Shown: positions 42,224-54,446 of the stretch, in pieces
Numbering within the stretch: position 1 is the stretch's first letter
How the letters are laid out: each line of letters starts with the position of its first letter
Assembly (NCBI GenBank): GCA_964016885.1
Contig: OZ024758.1
Location: 11,098,001-11,162,000, forward strand
Direction: 5' to 3'
From: Eledone cirrhosa
Lineage: Eukaryota
Length of the DNA: 64,000 nt
Program-made: the position numbers and the translations under genes
Notes under the pieces: model-generated
The model's input: the letters and a program-made list of their open reading frames with translations, nothing else
Database searches by the model: none
Told to the model about the DNA's origin: nothing

Positions 42224-43139
42224 CAGACATATACAGACATAATAAATGATAAAATAATAACTCATACTGACAAACATAGAGAGGAGTTGGGTATGGGGGT
42301 ACCTCCCTCTGACCTCACTGACCTGAAATTAGACAAATTTGGGAGTCTAGAATATAGCTTATTTTAAGGTATACAACAACAACAAATCAAGAGAGAGAGT
42401 GATAGGGAGAGAGAATTAGGGCAAGAGAGAGAGAGAGGGGGAGAGATAGGGAGAGAGAGAGAGATAGGGAGAGATAGAGAATGATAACTTGCCCCATAAA
42501 CAGATGCTGATAAGAAGACCCTTGTAAAGAATATAACAGTAGCAGATAATTTATAAAAAAAGGGGAGCTGAGTGAATTATTAAACTTATCTCCTACACTT
42601 CACAACCTATCCCTCCCACACTTTACAACATACCCCCTCCCCATACACTTCCCAACATACCCCCCCCCCTACACTTCACAACATACCACCACCCACTACA
42701 CTTCACAACATACTATACCCCACACTTCCCAACTTACTCTCACCTCATGTTTAAAGTAATATAAATTTTATGATGACTAGATAAAAAACTATCTTTGAGA
42801 ATATCTCTCCTAGTACTGCTTGCTTACAATAATGGGGTTCACCTACATGTTTTTAAGATGTGTATGTCAGTCTTACAATAATGGGGTTCACCTACATGTT
42901 TTAAAGATATCAACCTGCCTGAAGCAGCCTTTAGTTCTGTGGTACAAAAATCTCCTGTTTTAAAAATGCTCATATTTGATGGAAAACTTTATGTAATAAC
43001 ATCATCATCATAATTTAATATGTTTTTCTTTCTATATTGGTTCCAGTTGAATGAGGCAGTCAAAATCCAAGATTAGAGAGGTCAGAGAAATATTTTGGTA
43101 ATTTTAGTTCCAAGCAACAACTTTACAGGGTTGATAAAA

Positions 43140-43572
43140 TAATTGTTTCTACTTTAGGCACAAGGCCAGCAATTACCCAGTGCATTACTGGTACTTTATT
43201 TTATCGACCCCGTAAGGATGAAAGGCAAAGTCAACCTCGGCGGGATTTGAACTCAGATCGTAAAGGGACGTAACTATGCTGGAAAGCATGGTGTCCGACC
43301 GTCTACCGATACTGCCAAAAATAATGTACCAGTAATGTACTGGGTAATTGCTGGCCTTGTGTCAAAAGTAGAAACAACTTTATAGAATAATAATTGTTTC
43401 TACTTTTGACACAAGGCCAGCAATTACCCAGTACATTACTGGTACTTTATTTTATCGACCCCGTAAGGATGAAAGGCAAAGTTAACTTCGGCGGGATTTG
43501 AACTCAGACCGTAAAGAGACTATGATGGAAAGCATGGCGTCTGACTCTCTACCAATACTGCCAATTCACCAC
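43140..43572. mobile_element. SINE family A cluster (-, short +, -)
   Basis: Copies at 43140-43317, 43326-43378 (inverted tail) and 43391-43572. Confidence 0.85.
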
Positions 43573-43643
43573 CCCTATAATGATAATAAATGTGAAGACT
43601 AAAATCTAAAGAGGGCTCAATAAAGATAATATATATATATATA

Positions 43644-43977
43644 TGGAGGCACATGGCTTAATGGTTAGAGCATTGGGATTGCAATCGAAAGGTTGTGAGT
43701 TCAATTCTCAGACCGGGTGATGTGTTGTTTCCTTGAGCAAGAGACTTTATTTCACATTGCTCCAGTTTACTCAGCTGTAGAAATGAGATGATAGGGACTG
43801 GGGTCCCTATCATTCCACTGCAAAGTGGTCGTGGAGGTGCCACTGCAAAAAAGCACCCAGCACTCACTGTAAATGAGGTTGGTGTTAGGAAGGGCATCCA
43901 GCTGTAGAAATCAAGCCAGAATCAGTTCCCACCCCACCCTTGCAAGCAGGGAAAAGCAGATGTAAAATGATGATGAT
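43644..43977 (+). mobile_element. SINE family B
   Basis: Full-length match. Confidence 0.85.
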
Positions 43978-44040
43978 ATATACATAGTAGAGAAAATTCC
44001 ATTCTACTATCCCAAAAGTTTAAAATTGGTAAAATCCTGA

Positions 44041-44084
<44 letters not shown>

Positions 44085-44433
44085 TTTTATAATGCTAGTG
44101 TGGGTGGAAGTTATAAAGCTGTTTATTTTTACTTTACAGAGTAATAGAATAACTTTGAGGTTAAAAACCAAAAAATGTTGGACTACTGCCCAGATGGTTT
44201 AAAGAGTTCAAAGATTACTTGCTACTACAAACAACAATCTCTAAACCTTCTCTTTAACAAGATGGACAACTTAATATATAATAAAACTGCTTCATTATAC
44301 AGGAGGACAATTCCACTCCTATTTCATAGTTAAAGGTTAATGGAAAATCAGTTGGAAAATCAGTTGGAAGAAAATACAAATATTTCTATAATAACCAAAT
44401 GCTGAAATTAACTGTCCTCTTTCTTCTCATCTT

Positions 44434-47284
44434 ACCATGTCAAGTGTTGGCTACCTGTAGTAGTGGAGACTTCTGGTGTCCTGGGCCCTAGAGCTACCTC
44501 CCTACTCACCACCATGTCAAGTGTTGGCTACCTGTAGTAGTGGAGACTTCTGGTGTCCTGGGCCCTAGAGCTACCTCCCTACTCACCACCATGTCAAGTG
44601 TTGGCTACCTGTAGTAGTGGAGACTTCTGGTGTCCTGGGCCCTAGAGCTACCTCCCTACTCACCACCATGTCAAGTGTTGGCTACCTGTAGTAGTGGAGA
44701 CTTCTGGTGTCCTGGGCCCTAGAGCTACCTCCCTACTCACCACCATGTCAAGTGTTGGCTACCTGTAGTAGTGGAGACTTCTGGTGTCCTGGGCCCTAGA
44801 GCTACCTCCCTACTCACCACCATTGGCACAGGCTTGGCTACCTGTAGTAGTGGAGACTTCTGGCGTCCTGGGCCCTAGAGCTACCTCCCTACTCCCCATC
44901 ATTGGCACAGGCTTGGCTACCTGTAGTAGTGGAGACTTCTGGTGTCCTGGGCCCTAGAGCTACCTCCCTACTCCCCATCATTGGCACAGGCTTGGCTACC
45001 TGTAGTAGTGGAGACTTCTAGTGTCCTGGGCCCTAGAGCTACCTCCCTACTCCCCACCATGTCAAGTGTTGGCTACCTGTAGTAGTGGAGACTTCTGGCA
45101 TCCTGGGCCCTAGAGCTACCTCCCTACTCACCACCATGTCAAGTGTTGGCTACCTGTAGTAGTGGAGACTTCTGGTGTCCTGGGCCCTAGAGCTACCTCC
45201 CTACTCCCCATCATTGGCACAGGCTTGGCTACCTGTAGTAGTGGAGACTTCTGGCGTCCTGGGCCCTAGAGCTACCTCCCTACTCCCCATCATTGGCACA
45301 GGCTTGGCTACCTGTAGTAGTGGAGACTTCTGGCGTCCTGGGCCCTAGAGCTACCTCCCTACTCACCACCATGTCAAGTGTTGGCTACCTGTAGTAGTGG
45401 AGACTTCTGGTGTCCTGGGCCCTAGAGCCACCTCCCTACTCACCCCCATGTCAAGTGTTGGCTACCTGTAGTAGTGGAGACTTCTGGCGTCCTGGGCCCT
45501 AGAGCTACCTCCCTACTCCCCATCATTGGCACAGGCTTGGCTACCTGTAGTAGTGGAGACTTCTGGTGTCCTGGGCCCTAGAGCCACCTCCCTACTCCCC
45601 ATCATTGGCACAGAGTTGGCTACCTGTAGTAGTGGAGACTTCTGGTGTCCTGGGCCCTAGAGCTACCTCCCTACTCACCCCCATGTCAAGTGTTGGCTAC
45701 CTGTAGTAGTGGAGACTTCTGGTGTCCTGGGCCCTAGAGCTACCTCCCTACTCCCCATCATTGGCACAGGCTTGGCTACCTGTAGTAGTGGAGACTTCTG
45801 GCGTCCTGGGCCCTAGAGCTACCCCCCTACTCCCCATCATTGGCACAGGCTTGGCTACCTGTAGTAGTGGAGACTTCTGGCGTCCTGGGCCCTAGAGCTA
45901 CCTCCCTACTCACCACCATGTCAAGTGTTGGCTACCTGTAGTAGTGGAGACTTCTGGTGTCCTGGGCCCTAGAGCCACCTCCCTACTCACCCCCATGTCA
46001 AGTGTTGGCTACCTGTAGTAGTGGAGACTTCTGGTGTCCTGGGCCCTAGAGCCACCTCCCTACTCCCCATCATTGGCACAGAGTTGGCTACCTGTAGTAG
46101 TGGAGACTTCTGGTGTCCTGGGCCCTAGAGCTACCTCCCTACTCACCCCCATGTCAAGTGTTGGCTACCTGTAGTAGTGGAGAGTTCTGGTGTCCTGGGC
46201 CCTAGAGCTACCTCCCTACTCACCCCCATGTCAAGTGTTGGCTACCTGTAGTAGTGGAGAGTTCTGGTGTCCTGGGCCCTAGAGCTACCTCCCTACTCAC
46301 CCCCATGTCAAGTGTTGGCTACCTGTAGTAGTGGAGACTTCTGGTGTCCTGGGCCCTAGAGCCACCTCCCTACTCCCCATCATTGGCACAGAGTTGGCTT
46401 CCTGTAGTAGTGGAGAGTTCTGGTGTCCTGGGCCCTAGAGCTACCTCCCTACTCACCACCATGTCAAGTGTTGGCTACCTGTAGTAGTGGAGACTTCTGG
46501 TGTCCTGGGCCCTAGAGCCACCTCCCTACTCCCCATCATTGGCACAGAGTTGGCTACCTGTAGTAGTGGAGAGTTCTGGTGTCCTGGGCCCTAGAGCCAC
46601 CTCCCTACTCCCCATCATTGGCACAGAGTTGGCTACCTGTAGTAGTGGAGAGTTCTGGTGTCCTGGGCCCTAGAGCCACCTCCCTACTCCCCATCATTGG
46701 CACAGAGTTGGCTACCTGTAGTAGTGGAGACTTCTGGTGTCCTGGGCCCTAGAGCCACCTCCCTACTCCCCATCATTGGCACAGAGTTGGCTACCTGTAG
46801 TAGTGGAGAGTTCTGGTGTCCTGGGCCCTAGAGCTACCTCCCTACTCCCCATCATTGGCACAGAGTTGGCTACCTGTAGTAGTGGAGACTTCTGGTGTCC
46901 TGGGCCCTAGAGCTACCTCCCTACTCCCCATCATTGGCACAGGCTTGGCTACCTGTAGTAGTGGAGACTTCTGGTGTCCTGGGCCCTAGAGCTACCTCCC
47001 TACTCCCCATCATTGGCAAAGGCTTGGCTACCTGTAGTAGTGGAGACTTCTGGTGTCCTGGGCCCTAGAGCTACCTCCCTACTCCCCATCATTGGCACAG
47101 GCTTGGCTACCTGTAGTAGTGGAGACTTCTGGTGTCCTGGGCCCTAGAGCTACCTCCCTACTCCCCATCATTGGCACAGGCTTGGCTACCTGTAGTAGTG
47201 GAGACTTCTGGTGTCCTGGGCCCTAGAGCTACCTCCCTACTCCCCATCATTGGCACAGGCTTGGCTACCTGTAGTAGTGGAGAG
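44434..47284 (+). repeat. 77/79-bp minisatellite, about 36-37 copies, two unit types, derived from a CRE-like LINE
   Basis: Core CCTGTAGTAGTGGAGACTTCTGGTGTCCTGGGCCCTAGAGCTACCTCCCTACTC encodes PVVVETSGVLGPRATSLL and is homologous to 28643-28710. Confidence 0.95.
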
Positions 47285-47356
47285 ATGCTGTGCTGAATAG
47301 GAGCCGTCCAACCCTTGCAAGCAGGAAAAAGTAGACGTAAAAAAAAATGATGATAT
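47279..47356 (+). mobile_element. RTE-like LINE/SINE 3' terminus abutting the 77/79-bp array
   Basis: TGGAGAGATGCTGTGCTG...CCAACCCTTGCAAGCAGGAAAAAGTAGACGTAAA-(TGA)n, the tail shared with SINE B. Confidence 0.6.
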
Positions 47357-47472
47357 ATATATATATATATATATTTATTAAAATAACAGATTAAAGTTTA
47401 TGCAAAGAATCGCTGCTTATCGAGCCCTCTTTGGATTTTAATGTTCAAATTTATTATTTATTACTATATATA

Positions 47473-47652
47473 TTGGCAGTATCGGTAGAGGGTCGGATGT
47501 CATGCTTTGACGCATAGAATTACGGCCCTTTCCATTCTGAGTTCAAATCTCGCCGAGGTCAACTTTGCCTTTCATCCTTACAGGGTTGATAAAATAAAGT
47601 ACCAGTAATGCACTGGGTAATTGCTGGCCTTGTGCCAAATGTAGAAACAATT
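47473..47652 (+). mobile_element. SINE family A
   Basis: Near full-length match. Confidence 0.85.
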
Positions 47653-48039
47653 ACTCTATATATATATGGAGAGAGAGAGAGAGTTAAAACTATCCAAAAC
47701 AATGTGAGAGTGTTTCGGAATAATATAAGCTAACCATGCGTTGCTATGAGACCTAATCATCTGTGAAGTATCTAACAAGCTGTGTGATGCTCCACTGATT
47801 ATTATTCACCCATCTTCTAAAGGAGAGATGCACAACATCATTAAACACCATCCTATTGTCTATACTATTCCACTATAGATTCATTATAAACTCATTGATT
47901 TTCCACTACACAATTGTGTAAAAGAGACTCACAATTGGATTGGCTTTAGATTGGTGTTTAGATAAGTTACAAACATATTTACTAACCCTTATATTATATT
48001 ACCATATTTATAATCTAAAATATGGCTTGTTGTTATAAG

Positions 48040-48797
48040 TACCAGTGCATTACTGGTACTTTATTTTATCGACCCTGTATGGATGAAAGGCAAAGCTAAC
48101 CTCGGCGGGATTTATGTTCTGAGTTCAAATCTTGTCGAGGTTAGCTTTGCCTTTCATCCTTACGGGGTCAATAAATAAAGCACCAGTAATGCACTGGGGT
48201 CGATTTAATCAACTTTCCCCTCCCCCAAAATTGCTGGCCTTGTGTCTAAATCAGAAATCATCATTATTATTATCAGGGGCAGTGGATTGGCAGTATCGGT
48301 AGAGGGTCGGACGCCATGCTTTGCAGCATAGAGTTACGGCTCTTTATGATCTGAGGTCAAATCCTGCTGCGGTTAACTTTGCTTTTCATCCTTACGGGGT
48401 CGATAAAATAAAGTTACCAGTAATGCACTGGGGTAATTGCTGGCCTTGTGCCAAAAGTAGAAACAATTATTATTATTATCATGCTTTGATGCATAGAGTT
48501 ACGACCCTTGCCATTGTGAGTTCAAATCCCGCTGAGGTTAACTTTACCTTTCATCCTTGCGGGGTCGATAAAATAAAGTACCAGTAATACACTGGGATAA
48601 TTGCTGGCCTTGTGCCAAAAGTAGAAACAATTATTATTATTATCATGCTTTGATGCATAGAGTTACGACCCTTGCCATTGTGAGTTCAAATCCCGCCGAG
48701 GTTAACTTTACCTTTCATCCTTGAGGGGGCGATAAAATAAAGTACCAGTAATACACTGGAGTATTTGCTGGCCTTGTGCCAAAAGTAGAAACAATTA
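48040..48797. mobile_element. SINE family A cluster: one minus fragment then four plus copies
   Basis: 48040-48113(-), 48116-48260, 48276-48470, 48478-48632, 48643-48797. Confidence 0.85.
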
Positions 48798-49137
48798 TTA
48801 TATATATATTAAACCATGTTTTCTGGAGACTGACTTTATTCACATAGTTGAACATCTTTTAAAGTAATCAGTTGTGAACTGTTATAATTGCTGTGTGTGT
48901 GTATGACTAAGTGTGCGTGAGTTCGTGGTGTGTATGTGGTAGTGTATGTTGGTATGTATGTGGTAGTGTGTGTTGGTACGTATGTAGTAGTGTGTGTTGT
49001 GTGTTGGTATGTATGCATCTATTTACGTCATAACAGCCACATTAGTTTCATTCTTATCATCCTTTATCTTTGGAAAAGAAAATTTAAACTAGAAATAACA
49101 ATAAAGGTGGGTAGCACTGAAATTAATTTCCATCAAC

Positions 49138-49495
49138 CCCAGTGCCTCACTGGTACTTTATTTCATTGACCCTGTAAGGATGAAAGGCAAAACTAACCTC
49201 GATGAGACCCATTGTATTACTGGTACTTTATTTCATTGACCCTGTAAGGATGAAAGGCAAAACTAACCCTGATGAGAACCAGTGTATTACTGGTACTTTA
49301 TTTCATTGACCCTGTAAGGATGAAAGGCAAAACTAACCTCGATGAGACCCATTGTATTACTGGTACTTTATTTCATTGACCCTGTAAGGATGAAAGGCAA
49401 AACTAACCCTGATGAGACCCAGTGTATTACTGGTACTTTATTTAATTGACCCTGTAAGGATGAAAGGCAAAGCTAACCTTGGCAGGATTTGAACT
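49138..49495 (-). repeat. 70-bp tandem array (5 copies) of the SINE A central domain
   Basis: Unit CC(A)GTGTATTACTGGTACTTTATTTCATTGACCCTGTAAGGATGAAAGGCAAAACTAACC...GATGAGA. Confidence 0.9.
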
Positions 49496-49538
49496 AAAAA
49501 AATGCTAAATAATAGACAGGCATAACAATATACATATA

Positions 49539-50097
49539 CAGGGGTTGGACAAAATAATGGAAACACCTAGCATCATAGCATCATAATTTTGAAATATCTA
49601 TAAACCCATCAAAAGCTTGTTTATTTTTATTGTTCTCGAGGTGGTCATTAAGCTCTGCAGTAATTTTGGGAGCTGTACTTGTGTGATCCTTTCTAACAAT
49701 TCGCGTAAGAGTCCGACGGTTCCTATCTGAAAGTTTTGGTTTCCTTCCGGAGTTTTGTTTCGACAAGGAGGTTTTTCCCTCTTTCTCAAAGGCTGTCATT
49801 ACTTTTGAAACAGTACTTCTTGATACACCAAACATTTCGGCTGTTTTCGTTACTCTAGCGTCTGCCATACAATCACCAACAATTTAACCTCTTTGAAAGT
49901 CCGATAGATCTGTCATTTTAATGAATTTTAATTACCTTTTTCTGATGATATCTAAAAAGAAACAGTAATTTTAACAAAACATATTAAGCAACACTAATAA
50001 TAAATAAAAAAACATAAAAATAAACAAGCTTTTGACGGTTTTATAGATATTTCAAAATTATGATGCTAGGTGTTTCCATTATTTTGTCCAACCCCTG
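49539..50097 (-). mobile_element. Internally deleted Tc1/mariner DNA transposon
   Basis: TIRs of about 85-90 bp starting CAGGGGTTGGACAAAATAATGGAAACACC, flanked by TA at both ends. The left TIR has an extra AGCATCAT. Confidence 0.95.
49630..49916 (-). pseudogene. Tc1 transposase N-terminal remnant (paired-like HTH and GRPK-like motif); DDE domain deleted
   Basis: MTDLSDFQRG*IVG...TAEMFGVSRSTVSKVM...SGRKPKLSDRNRRTLTRIVRK...ITAELN. Premature TAA at 49884-49886; the frame runs straight into the TIR. Confidence 0.9.
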
Positions 50098-50566
50098 TAT
50101 ATCCCTGTACTTTACAGAGTGTACCTGGGATATTTTATCATGGCAGCAGTACCAGAGAGATTATAAAGTCTTTGACAAAGCTGAAGTGTCGTTTCCTTAA
50201 CATTTGGTGTTATTTGGTTTTGTATAATTGTAAGATTAATGAAGAAAATCTTCGGAGATTATGGTAAATAAAACATTAGGTTTCCATATATTTAACAATT
50301 AATGTATGTCAAGAAATATATAACGGATAGTTCCCTGTTGAGATGAAAGTACCAATCATTATCAACATCATTATCATCATCATCACCATGAGCATCAAAT
50401 GTCTGTTTTCCATGATAGCATGAGTTGGAAAAGTTGTCAGAGATAAAGTCAGTATTTAGACAAAGGGATTAACCCTCACCAGTTGACCAGGGTTAATCCC
50501 CCAACCACGCAACCAAAGCTGTTTATGAAACTTTAACTTCCCTTCAGGATTAGAGGTTACCTTTCA

Positions 50567-50685
50567 TTGAGTTCAAATTTCGTTGAGGTTAACTTTGCCT
50601 TTCATCCTTACGAGATCGATAAAATAAAGTACCAGTAATACACTGGAGTAATTGCTGGCCTTGTGCCAAAAGTAGAAACAATTAT
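50567..50685 (+). mobile_element. SINE family A, truncated (further truncated copies at 6546-6625, 54273-54388 and 60127-60204)
   Basis: B box to tail match. Confidence 0.8.
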
Positions 50686-50774
50686 TCTTGGAATTGGTTT
50701 TTGTGCTTTTTACATATTTTTGTTTATTTTTATTTATTTCAATAGATTTTTATATTGACTTTGAGGAAATCTGG

Positions 50775-51058
50775 AGTTAAGTGATACAATATGATATAAT
50801 GTCTGAGTGTGACTTAAGTGATACAATATAATGTGTCCGAGTGAGACTTAAGAGGTACAATATAATGTGTCCGAGTGAGACTTAAGAGATACAATATAAT
50901 GTCTGAATGAGACTTAAGAGATACAATATGTCTTAGTGTGACTTAATCATCACAGAGGTACAATATAATGTGTCCGAGTGAGACTTAAGAGATGCAATAT
51001 AATGTCTGAGTGAGACTTAAGAGATACAATATGTCTTAGTGTGACTTAAACATCACAG
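50775..51058. repeat. About 31-33-bp tandem repeat
   Basis: GAGTGAGACTTAAGAGATACAATATAATGTCT variants. Confidence 0.85.
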
Positions 51059-51560
51059 AGCCAAAGATGAAATAATAACTATCAACACTTAGATTTCAGT
51101 GGTCAAGAATACTAACTATGAACTCTGGTACTAAACAGACTTATCATTTCAAGTTCAGTAGTCAAACATACTAACTATGGACTCTGGTACTAAACAGACT
51201 TATCAGTTTTATAACTAATCAATGTGATCATTAAAAACCTATCAAATACATTTTTATAAACTTATCTCTTCACAATTTCACAACAAACAGAAAAAAAAAA
51301 ACAGTATAAAAATAGTAAAAAATCTATTCTTATAAGTATTATTATTAGTATTATTAGTGGAATTAGTATCGATAATATCACCTTTCCCCTCACACAACCC
51401 CCCCCCCCCCCCGGGCCGTCCTGTACCATCCATATTGTCCTGTTAATCTAAGTCCTGTGTGACTAACAAAGAAACATTATTATTATTATTTTTTTTTTTA
51501 TTTTTTTTTTTTTCATTGTTATAGATAACATCTTTGTAATCATTAATATCATTATCACTA

Positions 51561-51593
<33 letters not shown>

Positions 51594-52160
51594 CATCATC
51601 GTCATTATCACCAGCATCATTGTAATTCTGTAGATTCTGCCAAAAAATATCTGTAGCAATTTAGCAATTTAAAGTGGAAAGGTTAACTTCAATAGAAGCT
51701 GAAATAATGGCAAAGGATGGGCAGCAGCAGGGAGAACAAAAGACAGAAGAGAGCCAGCCTTAATAATCATGACACATATTGAGAAAAGTTACATTATTAA
51801 TCTGTTGTTTGGTAATTTAGTATCAACTGGCACTGGATATATTATTTGCCTCAGAGATAACAGCTTCGATCTAACTGACTGACTGACTGACTCTGCTGAA
51901 ATACAATCTTTTTAACATGTACTGCTCTATACAATACAACTACCAAGGTATTGGAGTATATTTGGCACATTACCCAAGTAATATTAGTAATTTTATTATA
52001 TATATTTATTTATATATATATTTTTTTATATATATATATATATTTTTAAACATATATGTATATATATATATATGATAAATGTGTGTGTATATATATATAT
52101 ATATATATGATAAATGTGTGTGTATATATATATTTATATATATATATATTTTTTTATACA

Positions 52161-52193
<33 letters not shown>

Positions 52194-52950
52194 GATAAAT
52201 GTGTGTGTATATATATATATATATATATTTTATATATATATATATTTTTATACATATATGTATATATATATATATATGATAAATGTGTGTGTATATATAT
52301 ATATATATTTTTATACATATATGTATTTATATATATATATGATATATATGTGTCATCATCATCATTATCGTTTAACGTCCATCTTCCACGCTTGCATGGG
52401 TTATATATATATATTTTTTTATACATATATGTATATATATATATGATATACTCTTTTACCTGTTTCAGCCATCCGGCTGAGGCCATGCTGGGGCACCGCC
52501 CTTGAGATATATATATATATATATTTTTTTTTATACATATATATATATGTATATATATATTTTTTTTATACATATATGTATATGTATGTATATATATACA
52601 CACACACACACTCACACACACATGGTTAATACACAGCAACACACATGATTAACACACACACACATGGTTAATACACAGTAACACACATACACATACACTC
52701 ACACACTATTACAAACAAAATACATTCTCATCTGATGCAGAAAATTTCCCAGTACAATGCAAAAGAAATTATGAAAATGGTGGAGTCATATCTTCTAAAT
52801 ACAGAAAATACCATTTGTAATAACTAAGATGTAATATTGGAAATAAATATTACTGCAGCCTTGGGTTCCAATTTTAGAAGAAAAATGTTATTTACTTCCA
52901 TATTCATTCCTGGAGCTTGCCTTTCTACAAACACGTACTCACAAATAAGT

Positions 52951-52982
<32 letters not shown>

Positions 52983-52983
<1 letters not shown>

Positions 52984-53164
52984 CGTTATTCCGGGTTGAA
53001 TCGGAGGTAACCACAGTAAGTAAGGTACTCAATACATAGCAGAGTATAACAGTTTTAATATAGATGAGATTCTACAGGACTAGAACTGTTTCATTCATTA
53101 GAAATCATCAGGAATGTCTGATGATTTCTAATGAATGAAACAGTTCTAGTCCTGTAGAATCTCA

Positions 53165-53171
<7 letters not shown>
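52983..53171 (-). mobile_element. Penelope-like terminal-repeat remnant in (TA)n with a perfect 54-bp-arm palindrome containing hammerhead motifs
   Basis: Arms 53058-53111 and 53118-53171. Minus strand reads ATTC-CTGATGA-TTTCTAATGAAT-GAAA-CAG-TTCTAGTC-CTG-TA-GAAT. Tail TACTC...GAGTA, then (TA)n. Confidence 0.65.
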
Positions 53172-53216
<45 letters not shown>

Positions 53217-53444
53217 TGTTAGTTTTTTCGTTGCTTTGGTATTGTGTGGTTGGGTTTTACCTACCACAATATTCAATTTGTCAAGCTATTTAAACGTATG
53301 TTATTACTCTAAGGACCTACCCTTATTGAGTGCTTTGCTACTCATTCATACTGTAGGTTGACTTTGCTTGCTCACAGCCAAAGCTTCGATTTTACTAAGC
53401 TTCCACATGTATATATATATATATATATATATATAATCATCATA

Positions 53445-53700
53445 TATATATCATCGATTAACGTCCATTTTCCATGCTAGCATGGGTCTGGACGGGAATT
53501 GTCCCACTTGAGGCAAGATTGGTTGTCTTACTCAGGACTGTCTGGCAGGTTTTCTACGGCTGGATGCCCTTCCTAACACCAACCACGTTTACAGTGTGGT
53601 CTGGGAGGTTTTTACCGTGTTACCTACACGGCCACATTACAGCGTGGACTGTGTGTTTTTTTGTCGTGACACCTACACGACCTCATTTATTTAGGACTGG
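53445..53700 (-). mobile_element. SINE/LINE 3' portion (family C, tail shared with family B)
   Basis: GGATGCCCTTCCTAACACCAACC and a ...GCATGGAAAATGGACGTTAA-(GAT)n tail; matches 61290-61495. Confidence 0.75.
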
Positions 53701-53857
53701 ATGTTGTGGTACCAACATAGCTTTACATCGAAAGGGGTGGTGTAGATGGCGGTGGGGGGTAGGGTTTTTGGGACAGGGGTGTATTTTGGTTACGGTGCCT
53801 ACTGATTGTAGTTTTCACTTTGTACTTAGGCAAGGCGGGTCTTCTGTATTACTATAT

Positions 53858-53897
<40 letters not shown>

Positions 53898-53934
53898 ATA
53901 TATATATATATACATACATATATATATATATACA

Positions 53935-53967
<33 letters not shown>

Positions 53968-54446
53968 CAATATATATATATATATACATACATATATATA
54001 TACAATATATATATATATATATACATACATATATATATATATATACATACATATACATACATATATATATATATATACATACATATACATACATATATAT
54101 ATATACATACATATATACACATACATACACATGTACATTCAAATATGAACATATATATATACACACACATGTAAGCTTGTGTACTATTGGTTATTTTTCA
54201 CTCAATTATAGAATTATACATCATAATATTCATATACATCTAGATGTATAAACATTATTATATATATATATATGAGTTCAAATCCCGCCGAGGTTAACTT
54301 TGCCTTTCATCCTTACGGGGTCGATAAAATAAAGTACCAGTAATACACTGGGTAATTGCTGGCCTTGTGCCAAAAGTAGAAACAATTATTATATATATTA
54401 TATATATAATCATTTAACGACCATTTCCCCGCTAGCATGGTTATAT

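Noticed and set aside
44434-47284. CRISPR-like appearance (constant repeat with a variable short segment)
   Set aside because: The variable part has only 2-3 recurring alleles rather than unique spacers, the context is eukaryotic, and there are no cas genes.
50464-50500. Small hairpin GGGATTAACCCT...AGGGTTAATCCC
   Set aside because: 12-bp arms and a single occurrence; too little to assign to an element or function.
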